Shown here: in pieces, positions 8,832 to 18,317 of the stretch
Numbering within the stretch: the stretch's first letter is position 1
Layout of the letters: each line of letters starts with the position of its first letter
NCBI GenBank assembly: GCA_964344765.1
Contig: CAYFOM010000019.1
Coordinates: 17,879 to 81,878, forward strand
From: an uncultured Planctomycetales bacterium
GTDB taxonomy: Bacteria; Planctomycetota; UBA1135
Length of the DNA stretch: 64,000 bases
Direction: 5' to 3'
The notes under the pieces: generated by a model
Database searches by the model: none
What the model was told of the DNA's origin: nothing
What the model saw: only the letters and a program-made list of their open reading frames with translations
Program-made: the position numbers and the translations under genes

Positions 8832-9406
8832 TGCATCGACGCCCCCGGCGGAAGGTTGGAGCCCTTGCCCCGACGCCCCATCGTTATAGCCGAGTCCATT
8901 CCAGGAACCGTTTCCGCGCGGTGCTGCAAATCCAATCCGCACAGGGCAACCGCCAGTGCATCGGACTCGTCGAACGAGGCGAATTGGTGGCCATCCGGCA
9001 GTCCTAAACGCAACGCCACCAATCGCGCCATTTGCTCTTTGGTGGCCGATCCGGCACCTGCGATGCGGCGCTTTATCACCGCCGGAGGCAATTCCACCAC
9101 GCTTAAACCCAGCTCGGCGCAAGTCACCATAACCACTCCACGAGCTTCGCCAATTCGCAAAGCACTGCGCGCATTTTTGCCGAAAAACGCTGCTTCCAGC
9201 GTTAACTGGCCAGGCTTGTGCTGGTGTAGCAGCTGTAGCAATTCCTCGCGCAACCGTCGCAATCGCTCGGCGATGGGGTCACTGGACCGCCCCACCCTCC
9301 ATGTGCCGCTACCTAAGCACAGGGGCACACCTTCGGCCTGGGCCTCCAAAACCGCCCATCCAACCTCCCGCGTACCAGGATCAATGCCCAGGATTCGATG
9401 TTGCAC
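8828..9406 (-). CDS. ruvC: Crossover junction endodeoxyribonuclease RuvC
   Basis: MQHRILGIDPGTREVGWAVLE... and ...ESDALAVALC are the conserved RuvC catalytic Asp/Glu contexts. Confidence 0.9.
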   Translation of the reverse strand: MQHRILGIDPGTREVGWAVLEAQAEGVPLCLGSGTWRVGRSSDPIAERLRRLREELLQLLHQHKPGQLTLEAAFFGKNARSALRIGEARGVVMVTCAELGLSVVELPPAVIKRRIAGAGSATKEQMARLVALRLGLPDGHQFASFDESDALAVALCGLDLQHRAETVPGMDSAITMGRRGKGSNLPPGASMQ

Positions 9407-9441
9407 CCCTTCATGCTATCAGGATTGCTAGACTTCCCGCC

Positions 9442-10137
9442 ATGAACGCCGACGTCACCGCCGTCGTGCTCGCTGCCGGTCAGGGCCGCCGTATGGGCGG
9501 TACCAATAAGGCTTTACTTGCCCTAAACAACCGTCCGGTACTGGCTTATTCGCTCCAAGCCTTCCGCCGCAGCGCTGCTGTCGGCCAGCTGGTCGTGGTG
9601 ATGAACGACCACGATGTCGAGGAGCTGCAAAAGCACTGGCAGCTCTCGCCGGCCGATTTGGGTGCGGATTTGGTAGTCGCCGGCGGCGCCGAACGATGGC
9701 TATCGAGCCAAAACGGCTGTCAAGCTGCGGAATTGCCGCTGGTTTTGGTTCATGACGCCGCTCGCGCCATGGTGACCACTGAAACCATCGATGCCGTCAT
9801 CCGTGCCACCCGCAGCAACGGCGCGGCACTGGCCGCCCTGCCCTTGGCGGATACGTTGAAACGCGAAGCCGCCGGCGGCCGTGTTGGCGAAACCGTGCCT
9901 CGTGAAAATTTGTGGTGCGCGCAAACTCCGCAGGGCTTCCAACGTGATTTGTTGCTGCAGGCGTTTGAAAACTGGCAGCAGAACTACACCCACCTCCCCA
10001 CCGACGAAGCAATGTTGGTCGAGGCCATCGGCACCGCGCCGATGCTGGTCCCTGCGCCGTCGTCGAACTTTAAACTGACCACCCCTGCCGACATGAAGCT
10101 CGCCGAGAGCATGCTGGCACTCACTGAAAATGGCTGA
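9442..10137 (+). CDS. ispD: 2-C-methyl-D-erythritol 4-phosphate cytidylyltransferase
   Basis: MNADVTAVVLAAGQGRRMGG...VLVHDAARA...TPQGF. ATG 9442 is chosen because the track start 9301 overlaps ruvC. Confidence 0.9.
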   Translation: MNADVTAVVLAAGQGRRMGGTNKALLALNNRPVLAYSLQAFRRSAAVGQLVVVMNDHDVEELQKHWQLSPADLGADLVVAGGAERWLSSQNGCQAAELPLVLVHDAARAMVTTETIDAVIRATRSNGAALAALPLADTLKREAAGGRVGETVPRENLWCAQTPQGFQRDLLLQAFENWQQNYTHLPTDEAMLVEAIGTAPMLVPAPSSNFKLTTPADMKLAESMLALTENG

Positions 10138-10639
10138 CTCGCTACCCTCGCTGCCCAATGTCCCGCGCATAGGTATAGGTACCGACCGCCATCGCCTAGT
10201 TGCGGGACGTCCTTGCATTCTTGGCGGCGTCACCATCCATTGCCCGGTTGGCCCGCTTGGACATTCCGATGCCGACGCCGTGCTTCACGCAGTCTGCGAT
10301 GCGCTGCTCGGCGCTGCCGGTTTGGATGACATCGGAACTTTGTTTCCGGATAGCGATCCTCAATGGCAAGGTGCGAGTTCTGCAGCTTTACTCGCCGACG
10401 TCATAAGTCGCGTTCAAAATTCTGGATTACGGGCGGCTTCGTTGGACATCACCGTGCATTGCGATCGCCCCAAAATCGGTCCTCACCGGGCCGCCATCCG
10501 CAGTCAGTTGGCTTCGTGGCTGGAATTGCCGGTCGATCGCGTCAACGTCAAAGGCAAGACTTTGGAAGGCGGCGGTGGTGAGCAAGAATACGTAGACGTA
10601 ATTGCAGTCTGTTTGCTTACCAGCTCAGTGGAATCTTGA
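10130..10639 (+). CDS. ispF: 2-C-methyl-D-erythritol 2,4-cyclodiphosphate synthase
   Basis: RIGIGTDRHRL...GHSDADAVLHAVCDALLGA. There is an 8-nt overlap with ispD. Confidence 0.9.
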   Translation: MADSLPSLPNVPRIGIGTDRHRLVAGRPCILGGVTIHCPVGPLGHSDADAVLHAVCDALLGAAGLDDIGTLFPDSDPQWQGASSAALLADVISRVQNSGLRAASLDITVHCDRPKIGPHRAAIRSQLASWLELPVDRVNVKGKTLEGGGGEQEYVDVIAVCLLTSSVES

Positions 10640-13600
10640 GGTGATGCAGCGAGGGCCGCGGTGAAGACAAATCGACACCGTCTAATTCGGCATCGAGGTC
10701 AAACAAGATTTGGTATCGAAGAAAGCGCAGGCCTTCGAGTTCGCCGAGGTCGGAAGTCCATTTGGCCGGTCCCGGTAGCGGATCACCCGGCGAGTTGAAA
10801 TCGAGCGGGGAAACTTCAGCGCCCTGGAATTGGATGTAAACCGCCGAATCGCTGCCGAGAACGTCGATCGCACCGCTGGTTGCAATGCGGAAGAAATGCG
10901 GTTGCAACGACCAATTCCTGCCGGCAGTAACCAGCAAGTTGCCATCCGCCGGGTCGGTGAGCAACGTCAGGATGTCGCTGTTGCGGTCATAAGCCGCACC
11001 CACCACACGGTGAGAATGGCTGCGTTCCGAATTGGGCTGGAATCCATATCCGCGCAACAAGTTGGGTTGATAAAGCAAATGAGGATGGGCGAGGAATGCC
11101 GAGCTTGCCGACGGAATGCGTAACTCAAACTCATGCATGTTCAACGCCGCCGTAGCGCCACTTGTCACTTGGAAAAGCTTTTGAACACGATCATTTTCGG
11201 TTAACACACGACCGGTTTGCGGATCAATGCCTTCCAATCGAAATACCGGGTCCGCGTAATTGGGATAATCCACTCCCGAACCGGTGCCCGGCTGGCGGAT
11301 TTCCGCGACCCCGGTATCAATCCATTTGCTTCGCACCATCGATTGGGCAGAGAAGGTGGAAACCAAGGAATACGGTTGCGGTGCGGCGAATATGCGGAGC
11401 ATCTCTTCCACGCGATCGCGATTGAGGGGATTAAGCCCAGGGTTTCCGTCGTAAAGATAGCTTTGAATCTCGGCCGCACGGTTACTCGGCCACACGATGT
11501 CGGTGGCCGGATTGGGGACGTGGATTTGAATGACCCCATTGCCGCCGGCACCGCCACGTCCCACTGCATAGGTATCGTTTCCGTCATAGTCGACGCCTCC
11601 GGTGCCATTTAATTGGGTCGAGTTCACCTGCGACATGGCCCACCCGCGGCGCCCGCCTATGGCCTGGAACACTTCGGTGAAATAAACGCCGGCAATCGGG
11701 ATTTCGTAGTAGCCACCCCCTTGAATGGTCCAGTTCTGATCTCCATTCTGATTGCCGTCGGTTATTTCGATTGCCGACAAATCCAATTTAGCCGCCGTTC
11801 CAATGACGATGTGTCCACCCGAACCGCCGCCTGAACCGCTGACTTGACCGCGCGTCCAACCAATAGACTCGCCGCCGACGCCATCGCCACCGTTCGCCAA
11901 AACGCGGCCGGCAGCACCAATGGTGATGTTGCCGATGGCTTGGATCATCACCTGACCCCCGCCACCGCCACCAGGCCCGCCTTTGCGATAAACCTGAGTG
12001 GTTCCATTTGGGAATTGAGGATCCGGGAACGAATCCACGACTGGATCATTGCCGCCGTCTCCGCGCACATAAAGCGCCATATCGCCCGAAGCGCCGCCCC
12101 CGGCTCCAGCCCACGGCACCAGTAATTCGCCGCGCGATACCGAGCCATCATTGTTTACCCGAACGCCCCAAAAGTCGTTGCCGGTATTGCCATCAAGCGT
12201 GAAGATCGACGGACCTCCTAGGCCACCGTCGGCACCGCGGGTTGGGTGGCCGAGCATACGTGGATATTCATTCCGATCATCCACAGCCATTGTTTCCCCA
12301 GCCAGCACGTTATTGCTAAACGGGTTGGACTCCAAAACCGGGTCATCCCAGGGTTCCGAAAAGCGCTGGTTAAAAGTGTTGTTATTGCCGTCTTTGTGTC
12401 CGTCTTGACTGTTGCCGGTCAGTGGATCCCAAATGAACTCGATTTGCTCATCTTCCATTCCATAAACACCATTGGGGCGAAGCGGATCAGTTTCGGCAGA
12501 CCCCCATGAACCGCCGCGCATGCCCGCCTCGCCACCGTGGACTGCGTATACAAACCGCTGCCCTGGCAAGCGCGGATCCGTGGCAGTATTCCAATCCAAA
12601 TTGTGGTCCATGGTGTAATTGCGATCCACACCTTCCATGCGATCATCCTGCCCCCATCGCGTCCAATAAACGGCGACGTTTTCAGTACGCGCAAAAGTTC
12701 CACCGCCGCCCCCGGCCGAGGTGTTGCAAACCGACTCCTTTTCATAATTGCTCGATTGATGGACAAAGCGTTGTTGGTTAAAGCCACCCTCGCCACCCTG
12801 GCCACCGCTGCCGGCGAAGCCCCAAGCGCCTTCGCCCGACATGCCACGCAAGGTTTCGCGCGTGGTTTCCTGTGACGAAGTTCCGCCACGCCCACCCCCG
12901 CACTCGCCGTGTGCGCCACCTTCGGGTCGGGTTGGTGAACCTAAGCCGGTGGGCCAAACCGCATCGTTGCCTGACACGTTGATTACGCCATTAATCTCGA
13001 CCTCTCCGGTTGCATAAATCACCAGTGGGTTATCGCCGCGACCGCGGATTTCGCTAGCGGCATCGAGGTAGAAATTTCGGCAATTCAATACGCCGTTGAT
13101 CACCGTGTGGGTGGTGTTGTTTGCGTCAGTTACAAAGACTTGCGCATTGGTGCGCATTTCCAGGACGCCGTTATTCCAATAAAAGTCTTTGGTTGTAAAC
13201 TCGCCGGGGAAACCGAAACTGGCTTGCACAAAGCCATCTTCAACATCTGCGAAGGGCAAGGGCATGGCATCGGTCAGGTCTAAGCCGATGCTGCTTTCGA
13301 AAAACTCCGGGATTTCGTCCGCGACGGCCGTTTGGCTCCAATTGACTTGATCCATTTGTAAGACTTCAGCCAGCGTTGGCGTGGCGAAGGCTGGAGGCCG
13401 GAGATCGGCAAAGTTTCGTTGGCCGACCAAGTCAGTCAGTTCCCGAGCGACCACTGCTTGCAGTTTGCGGTTGGGCGGCAAGACTCCAGCAACCTCAAGA
13501 ACAATGATGGCTCCCTCTTCCACGCAGTTGCGCTCAACGCGCAAATGGCCGGGCAATTTGTTGTCGCTAGGAAAGGTGTTCTCGGAACTGCTACCGACCT

Positions 13601-14282
13601 CACCATCGGCATAAAGTACATAAAGGTTGTCGCTATTTAAATTGCGCCTGCGCACGTCCAAAGCCTGATTGAATTGAAAACGCACCTGGGCGCCGTGGTC
13701 GCTCATGAAGTTCAAGCCCCACGGCCATTGCAATCCGTCGACGGGGTGCAATTGCGGCGGACCGTCGATGTAATCCACAAATAGACCGCCCCCCACTTCC
13801 TTAGGTGTGGTGAAATTTCGAACGACACCCTGCTGCAAACCGCGGCCATCGCGATCGCGAATCACCGCTGCCCCAAACGCGCTTGAAGACGGTAACGTCA
13901 TCGAATAGGCCACCCCTCCGGGTAAAAACCCGCCATTGTCGTTCCCTTCCGAGTTGGGACAGGAGGGACGGAAATACAACAGTGTGGGATCTTCGCCATC
14001 GACTTCGAAGGATCCAGTCACTGGCAGATTGGTATCGGCCGAATGAAAGATAACCGTGGCGAACGACACCGAGTCCATATCGATGGCGTGATAAAATTTG
14101 AGCTCGATTAACTTGTTCAGCTGCCAAACCGCCCCGTCGCCGAGGTTCGTGCTTTCCAGGACGAAGTAGCCGGTGTTGTTTTGCTGACTGCTACCGTTTG
14201 CGCCGGATCCGCCGCAAGAATTGAGCAAGACGATTGCGCCAAAAACCAGCGCCTTCCATAGGTTGGGTTTGTGCAAGAACAT
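10617..14282 (-). CDS. Giant Gly-rich surface lipoprotein, paralogue A (Ig-like N-domain plus beta-helix-like core)
   Basis: 1221 aa. The N-terminus KALVFGAIVLLNSCGGSG is a signal followed by Cys. The N-terminal block VSFATVIFHSADTNLPVTGSFEVDGEDPTLLYFRP looks like an SbsA/Big_5-type Ig domain. Many GGxGGxGG motifs follow, for example GGPGGGGGGQVMIQAIGNITIGAAGRVLANGGDGVGGES. It is colinear with the next gene. Confidence 0.8.
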   Translation of the reverse strand: MFLHKPNLWKALVFGAIVLLNSCGGSGANGSSQQNNTGYFVLESTNLGDGAVWQLNKLIELKFYHAIDMDSVSFATVIFHSADTNLPVTGSFEVDGEDPTLLYFRPSCPNSEGNDNGGFLPGGVAYSMTLPSSSAFGAAVIRDRDGRGLQQGVVRNFTTPKEVGGGLFVDYIDGPPQLHPVDGLQWPWGLNFMSDHGAQVRFQFNQALDVRRRNLNSDNLYVLYADGEVGSSSENTFPSDNKLPGHLRVERNCVEEGAIIVLEVAGVLPPNRKLQAVVARELTDLVGQRNFADLRPPAFATPTLAEVLQMDQVNWSQTAVADEIPEFFESSIGLDLTDAMPLPFADVEDGFVQASFGFPGEFTTKDFYWNNGVLEMRTNAQVFVTDANNTTHTVINGVLNCRNFYLDAASEIRGRGDNPLVIYATGEVEINGVINVSGNDAVWPTGLGSPTRPEGGAHGECGGGRGGTSSQETTRETLRGMSGEGAWGFAGSGGQGGEGGFNQQRFVHQSSNYEKESVCNTSAGGGGGTFARTENVAVYWTRWGQDDRMEGVDRNYTMDHNLDWNTATDPRLPGQRFVYAVHGGEAGMRGGSWGSAETDPLRPNGVYGMEDEQIEFIWDPLTGNSQDGHKDGNNNTFNQRFSEPWDDPVLESNPFSNNVLAGETMAVDDRNEYPRMLGHPTRGADGGLGGPSIFTLDGNTGNDFWGVRVNNDGSVSRGELLVPWAGAGGGASGDMALYVRGDGGNDPVVDSFPDPQFPNGTTQVYRKGGPGGGGGGQVMIQAIGNITIGAAGRVLANGGDGVGGESIGWTRGQVSGSGGGSGGHIVIGTAAKLDLSAIEITDGNQNGDQNWTIQGGGYYEIPIAGVYFTEVFQAIGGRRGWAMSQVNSTQLNGTGGVDYDGNDTYAVGRGGAGGNGVIQIHVPNPATDIVWPSNRAAEIQSYLYDGNPGLNPLNRDRVEEMLRIFAAPQPYSLVSTFSAQSMVRSKWIDTGVAEIRQPGTGSGVDYPNYADPVFRLEGIDPQTGRVLTENDRVQKLFQVTSGATAALNMHEFELRIPSASSAFLAHPHLLYQPNLLRGYGFQPNSERSHSHRVVGAAYDRNSDILTLLTDPADGNLLVTAGRNWSLQPHFFRIATSGAIDVLGSDSAVYIQFQGAEVSPLDFNSPGDPLPGPAKWTSDLGELEGLRFLRYQILFDLDAELDGVDLSSPRPSLHHLKIPLSW

Positions 14283-14338
14283 GCCAAAAGAAGTTCATGA
14301 ACTTGATGAACCCGCAGTTATTCATCGCATTGCTACTT

Positions 14339-14353
14339 GCAAACGGCGTTCCA
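14339..14353 (-). promoter_or_regulatory. Sigma-54-like -24/-12 element upstream of paralogue A
   Basis: The minus strand reads TGGAAC-GCCGT-TTGCA, with GG-N10-GC spacing and one mismatch to TGGCAC-N5-TTGC. It lies 55 nt before ATG 14282. Confidence 0.4.
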
Positions 14354-14423
14354 TAGGCTGAGCGACGCAAATGCAAGGAAATTGAGCGTTGCCGCGCACA
14401 GCTGCGCGGATCCTTACCGGGCA

Positions 14424-14459
14424 TAAAAAAACTACCCCTCGCAACAATGCGAGGGGTAG
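14424..14459 (-). terminator. Rho-independent terminator between the two giant paralogues
   Basis: The minus strand reads CTACCCCTCGC-ATTGTT-GCGAGGGGTAG followed by T7/T8. Confidence 0.8.
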
Positions 14460-14479
14460 CAAAGGAGGAAGCGTGATTC

Positions 14480-17400
14480 CTACCAGGTAAACGGCACCTT
14501 GAAGTACGACATCAGCGGACGCGGCGTCGACAAGTCAAGGCCGGTTCCGTTGGCGTCGATGTCAAACAGCACCTGATAGCGAATGAAGCGGTAGCCCTCA
14601 AGCTGGCTTAGATCCGAGGTCCAGGTGTTGGAACCAGGGAAAGGCGTGCCGGGCTCGTTGGAACCTGCTGCGGACTGTTCAGCTCCTTGGAATTGAATGC
14701 GAACCGCAGTGCCATCCGGCAATGAATCCTGCAGACTACTGGTGGCCATGCGGAAGAAGCGCGGTTGAATCGCCCAGGTTGCCCCTGCACCGACAAGCAA
14801 CGAGCCATCGGATGGGTCAGTGAGCAAGGTCAACACGTCGGTGCTTGCGTTGTACGAAGCACTGACGACGGTACGCGTAGTCGTGAACGAAGTGTTGGAC
14901 TGGAATCCGTAACCCAACAACAGGTTGGGCTGCACCAAGAAGTGGTCGACGCTGGCGAAAGCATTCGATGCGTTGTTAATGCGCGCCTCGAACTCGAACA
15001 GGTCAACCTCGGTGGAAGAGCCGCTTGTAATCGCGGTCAGCGCAGTCACCATTCCGGATGTAGTCTGGATCGAACCGTCGCCGGTGTTGATACCAGCCAA
15101 GCTAATGATCGGGCTGTTGTAATCCGGGTAGTCAACGCCGGTACCAGTAGTAGGCTGACGTAGCTCAGCCAAACCGGTATCAATCCACTTGCTGCGGAAC
15201 ATCGACTTCGACGAGAAGATGGGCACCAGGGCGTATGGCTTCGGTGCAGCGAAGATGCGCAACATTTCTTCGAGGCGATCACGATCCAGATCGTTGTTGA
15301 TCACATCGCCGTTGTGCATGTAATCCTTCATCTCGCTGGAGCTCGCCGTCGGCCACAAGATGTCCGTAGTCGGATCGGGCACGTGGATTTGAATGACGCC
15401 GTTACCGCCGGCACCACCGCGACCCACTGCATAGGTTTCGTTACCGTCATCCTTGAAGCCGGTGCCCAAGTCAACGTTGTTCACCTGCGACATGGCCCAA
15501 CCACGACGGCCGCCAACGGCAACGAATACTTCGGTGAAGTATGCGCCGGTGATCGGAATCTCGTAGTAATCCTTATCCGCAATGGTCCAGTTACTATCAC
15601 CATTCTGGTTTCCGTCCAGAATATCGATGGCCGACAGATCCAACTTTCCAGCGGTGCTCAGAACAATGTGACCACCGGAGCCGCCGCCCGAGCCGGAGAC
15701 CTGACCGTAGGTCCAGCCAATGGACTCACCGCCCATGCCGTCGCCACCACGGGCCAAAACTTGACCGGCCGAGCCGATGATGATGTCGCCGATGGCCATG
15801 ATCAAAACCTGACCACCACCGCCACCACCAGGAGCACCTTTGCGGTATCTCGCAATGTTGCCGTTCGGGAAGTTGGGCTCCGGGAAGCTGTCTTCCAGCG
15901 GTTCTTCGCCGTTGGTGCCCATGCGGTAGTAAATCACCATGTCACCCGATGCACCGCCACCGGAACCGGCCCATGGGACCAGCAATTCGCCGGCGGTTAC
16001 GGAACCGTCGTTGTTCAGACGGACACCCCAGAAGTCATTACCAGTATCGGCGTCGTTCGAGAAGATTGACGGACCGGCCAGACCACCATCGGCACCGCGC
16101 GTCGGGTGACCCAACATTCGCGGGTACTCGTTCGTCGTGTCAACCGCGGTAGTGTGGTCACTGTGGTTACTGAACGGGTTCGGATCGCCGACCGGATCGG
16201 TCCACGGTGTCGAGAACCGCTCATTAAAGGTTCCACCACTGCCGTGCTTCCAACCATCTTGGGCCTCGCCGGTCAGCGGGTCGTAGATGAAGTCCGGGCT
16301 TTCATCTTCCATACCAAACACGCCAACGATCTTCAGCGGGTCGGTCTCGGTCGTGCCCCAACTACTGCCGCGGATACCGGCTTCACCACCGGCCACGGTG
16401 TAGACGAAACGGTCACCGGACAACTGCGGATCGGTCGCAGTGTTCCAGTTCAAACGGTGGTCCATCGAGTAGTTGCGGTCGACGCTCGGCATGCGGTCGT
16501 CTTCGGTCCAACGCGTCCAATAAATGGCGACGTTATCAGTCAGCGCGAAAGTACCGCCGCCACCGCCTGCTGCAGTGTTACTGACGGACTCTTTGGGGTA
16601 GCTACCGTCGTTACCTTTCTCTTGGTTAAAGCCGCCTTCACCGCCTTGGCCGCCGTTACCGGAGAAACCCCAAGCTCCATCACCGGACGAACCGCGATAA
16701 GTTTCCTGGAACACATCTTGCGAGGAAGTACCGCCGGCACCGCCACCGCATTCACCTTTGGCACCACCTTCGGGACGCTGCGGCGAGTTCAGACCGGTCG
16801 GCCAGATCGCGTTGTTACCCGAAACATTAATGGTGCCTTCGATAGTGATGTCGCCCGAAGCGTAAATCACCAATGGGTTGGCGCCGCGTGCACGCAAGGT
16901 GCTACCGGCAGCAACTGTGAAGTTGCGACAGTTAATCACACCATTCAAGATGGTGTGAGTGGTGTTGCCCGAGTCGGTGAAGAAGTTTTGCGAGTTGGTG
17001 GAAACTTCGGAGTAGCCTGAATCCAGCACAAAATCCTTGGTCGTGAAATCGCCAGGGAAATCGAAGCTCGCTTGGACAAAACCGTCCTCCATCGTTGCGC
17101 CCGGCAACGGAAGTGCCGAAGCCAAGTCAACGTTGGTGGAGTTATCGAAGAATTCTTGGAATTCATCGGGAACCTCTTTGCTCGACCAATCGGTGGACGA
17201 GTCCCCCAATGCAACAGCCAAAGTCGGGGTGACGTGCGCCGCAGGACGGATGTCGGCGAAGTTGGATTGACCGGCAATGTCGGTGAACTCGCGCTTAATG
17301 ATCGCCTGAAGTTTGCGATTCGGCGGCAACAGACCGGCAACCTCAAACAAAACCACAGCACCGGTTTCCACGCAGTTTTGTTCAATCCTTAGCGTACCGG

Positions 17401-18133
17401 GAAGCTTATTGGTGGTCGGGAAGACGTCTTCGTTTGCAGTTCCTATTTCTCCGTCGGCATAGAGAATGTAAAGGTTCAGCAGGTTGAGGTTCAGATCGCG
17501 CGCATCAATAGCCTGGTTGAAGTGGAAGCGAATGAACGGGTCGGGATCGTTGTAAAAGTTCAAGCCTTCCGGCCACTCGATCGACGGCGAGGCAATCAGC
17601 TTCGGCGGCCCATCGACGTAGTCCAAGAACAGGCTGGAACCGGCACCAGTCGGCGTGCGGAAAGTGCGCGATACGCCTTGCGCCAGGGCACGACCTTTGG
17701 TGTCGCGCAGCACTTCGGCACCGAAGGCGGTCGAGCTTGGAATGGTCAGGCTGTAACTATTGCCACCGGGGACAAAGCCGCCGTTGGAGTTGTCGTTTGC
17801 AGTCGGACAAGTCGGGCGGAAGTAAATGGTGCGCGCGTCATCGGCGTCGACTTCAAACGAACCGGTCACGGGCTGCATGACGTCGTCCGAGGAGAAGATC
17901 ACCGTGCCGAAGTGCACCGTGTCCATATCCACCGGGTTGTTAAAAGTCAGCTGGATCAGCTTGTTCAGCTCCCAGGTGACTCCGTCGCCCATGTTGGTCG
18001 TTTCCAGCAAAAAGTTACCGGAGTTGTTCTGGCCACCGACGCTGGTGGCTGAACCACCACCGCAACCAGGCACCAGTAGCAGGGCACCGACCAGGCCGAC
18101 GGCACCAAGGCTTCTGAGATTATTGCTCACCAT
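14480..18133 (-). CDS. Giant Gly-rich surface lipoprotein, paralogue B
   Basis: About 1217 aa from ATG 18133 (MVSNNLRSLGAVGLVGALLLVPGCGGGS). The track start 18163 is a GTG only about 20 nt from the putative -12 element. It aligns along its whole length with paralogue A, roughly 55-65% identity by eye. Confidence 0.8.
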   Translation of the reverse strand: MVSNNLRSLGAVGLVGALLLVPGCGGGSATSVGGQNNSGNFLLETTNMGDGVTWELNKLIQLTFNNPVDMDTVHFGTVIFSSDDVMQPVTGSFEVDADDARTIYFRPTCPTANDNSNGGFVPGGNSYSLTIPSSTAFGAEVLRDTKGRALAQGVSRTFRTPTGAGSSLFLDYVDGPPKLIASPSIEWPEGLNFYNDPDPFIRFHFNQAIDARDLNLNLLNLYILYADGEIGTANEDVFPTTNKLPGTLRIEQNCVETGAVVLFEVAGLLPPNRKLQAIIKREFTDIAGQSNFADIRPAAHVTPTLAVALGDSSTDWSSKEVPDEFQEFFDNSTNVDLASALPLPGATMEDGFVQASFDFPGDFTTKDFVLDSGYSEVSTNSQNFFTDSGNTTHTILNGVINCRNFTVAAGSTLRARGANPLVIYASGDITIEGTINVSGNNAIWPTGLNSPQRPEGGAKGECGGGAGGTSSQDVFQETYRGSSGDGAWGFSGNGGQGGEGGFNQEKGNDGSYPKESVSNTAAGGGGGTFALTDNVAIYWTRWTEDDRMPSVDRNYSMDHRLNWNTATDPQLSGDRFVYTVAGGEAGIRGSSWGTTETDPLKIVGVFGMEDESPDFIYDPLTGEAQDGWKHGSGGTFNERFSTPWTDPVGDPNPFSNHSDHTTAVDTTNEYPRMLGHPTRGADGGLAGPSIFSNDADTGNDFWGVRLNNDGSVTAGELLVPWAGSGGGASGDMVIYYRMGTNGEEPLEDSFPEPNFPNGNIARYRKGAPGGGGGGQVLIMAIGDIIIGSAGQVLARGGDGMGGESIGWTYGQVSGSGGGSGGHIVLSTAGKLDLSAIDILDGNQNGDSNWTIADKDYYEIPITGAYFTEVFVAVGGRRGWAMSQVNNVDLGTGFKDDGNETYAVGRGGAGGNGVIQIHVPDPTTDILWPTASSSEMKDYMHNGDVINNDLDRDRLEEMLRIFAAPKPYALVPIFSSKSMFRSKWIDTGLAELRQPTTGTGVDYPDYNSPIISLAGINTGDGSIQTTSGMVTALTAITSGSSTEVDLFEFEARINNASNAFASVDHFLVQPNLLLGYGFQSNTSFTTTRTVVSASYNASTDVLTLLTDPSDGSLLVGAGATWAIQPRFFRMATSSLQDSLPDGTAVRIQFQGAEQSAAGSNEPGTPFPGSNTWTSDLSQLEGYRFIRYQVLFDIDANGTGLDLSTPRPLMSYFKVPFTW

Positions 18134-18184
18134 TAGTTTGTTACAGGCTTCACGCGGAAACACACGATTCCCACAAAGTAGACC

Positions 18185-18199
18185 GCAAATGCTGTACCA
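18185..18199 (-). promoter_or_regulatory. Sigma-54-like -24/-12 element upstream of paralogue B
   Basis: The minus strand reads TGGTAC-AGCAT-TTGCG with GG-N10-GC spacing, 50 nt before ATG 18133. Confidence 0.4.
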
Positions 18200-18317
18200 G
18201 CTTAGCTCGGCCCTGTACGCGTAGGAAAGGCGCGAATCCGCGCTGTCTGTTCGCTATCGAACAGCTCACGAGGGATGTGGCAGCGGCGTGGGTAAACACC
18301 GGCAGCCAATCTCCAGT

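Noticed and set aside
8832-9122. N-terminal extension of ORF 8100..9122
   Set aside because: It lies inside ruvC in another frame and is Gly/Arg-rich. ATG 8831 forms an ATGA coupling overlap with the ruvC stop.
10617-10639. 23-nt overlap of the convergent 3' ends of ispF and giant paralogue A; there is a similar 11-nt overlap at 27315-27325
   Set aside because: The overlaps are real in the sequence, but I see no hairpin or other signal. They are probably just compact convergent gene ends, so I did not raise them as a finding.
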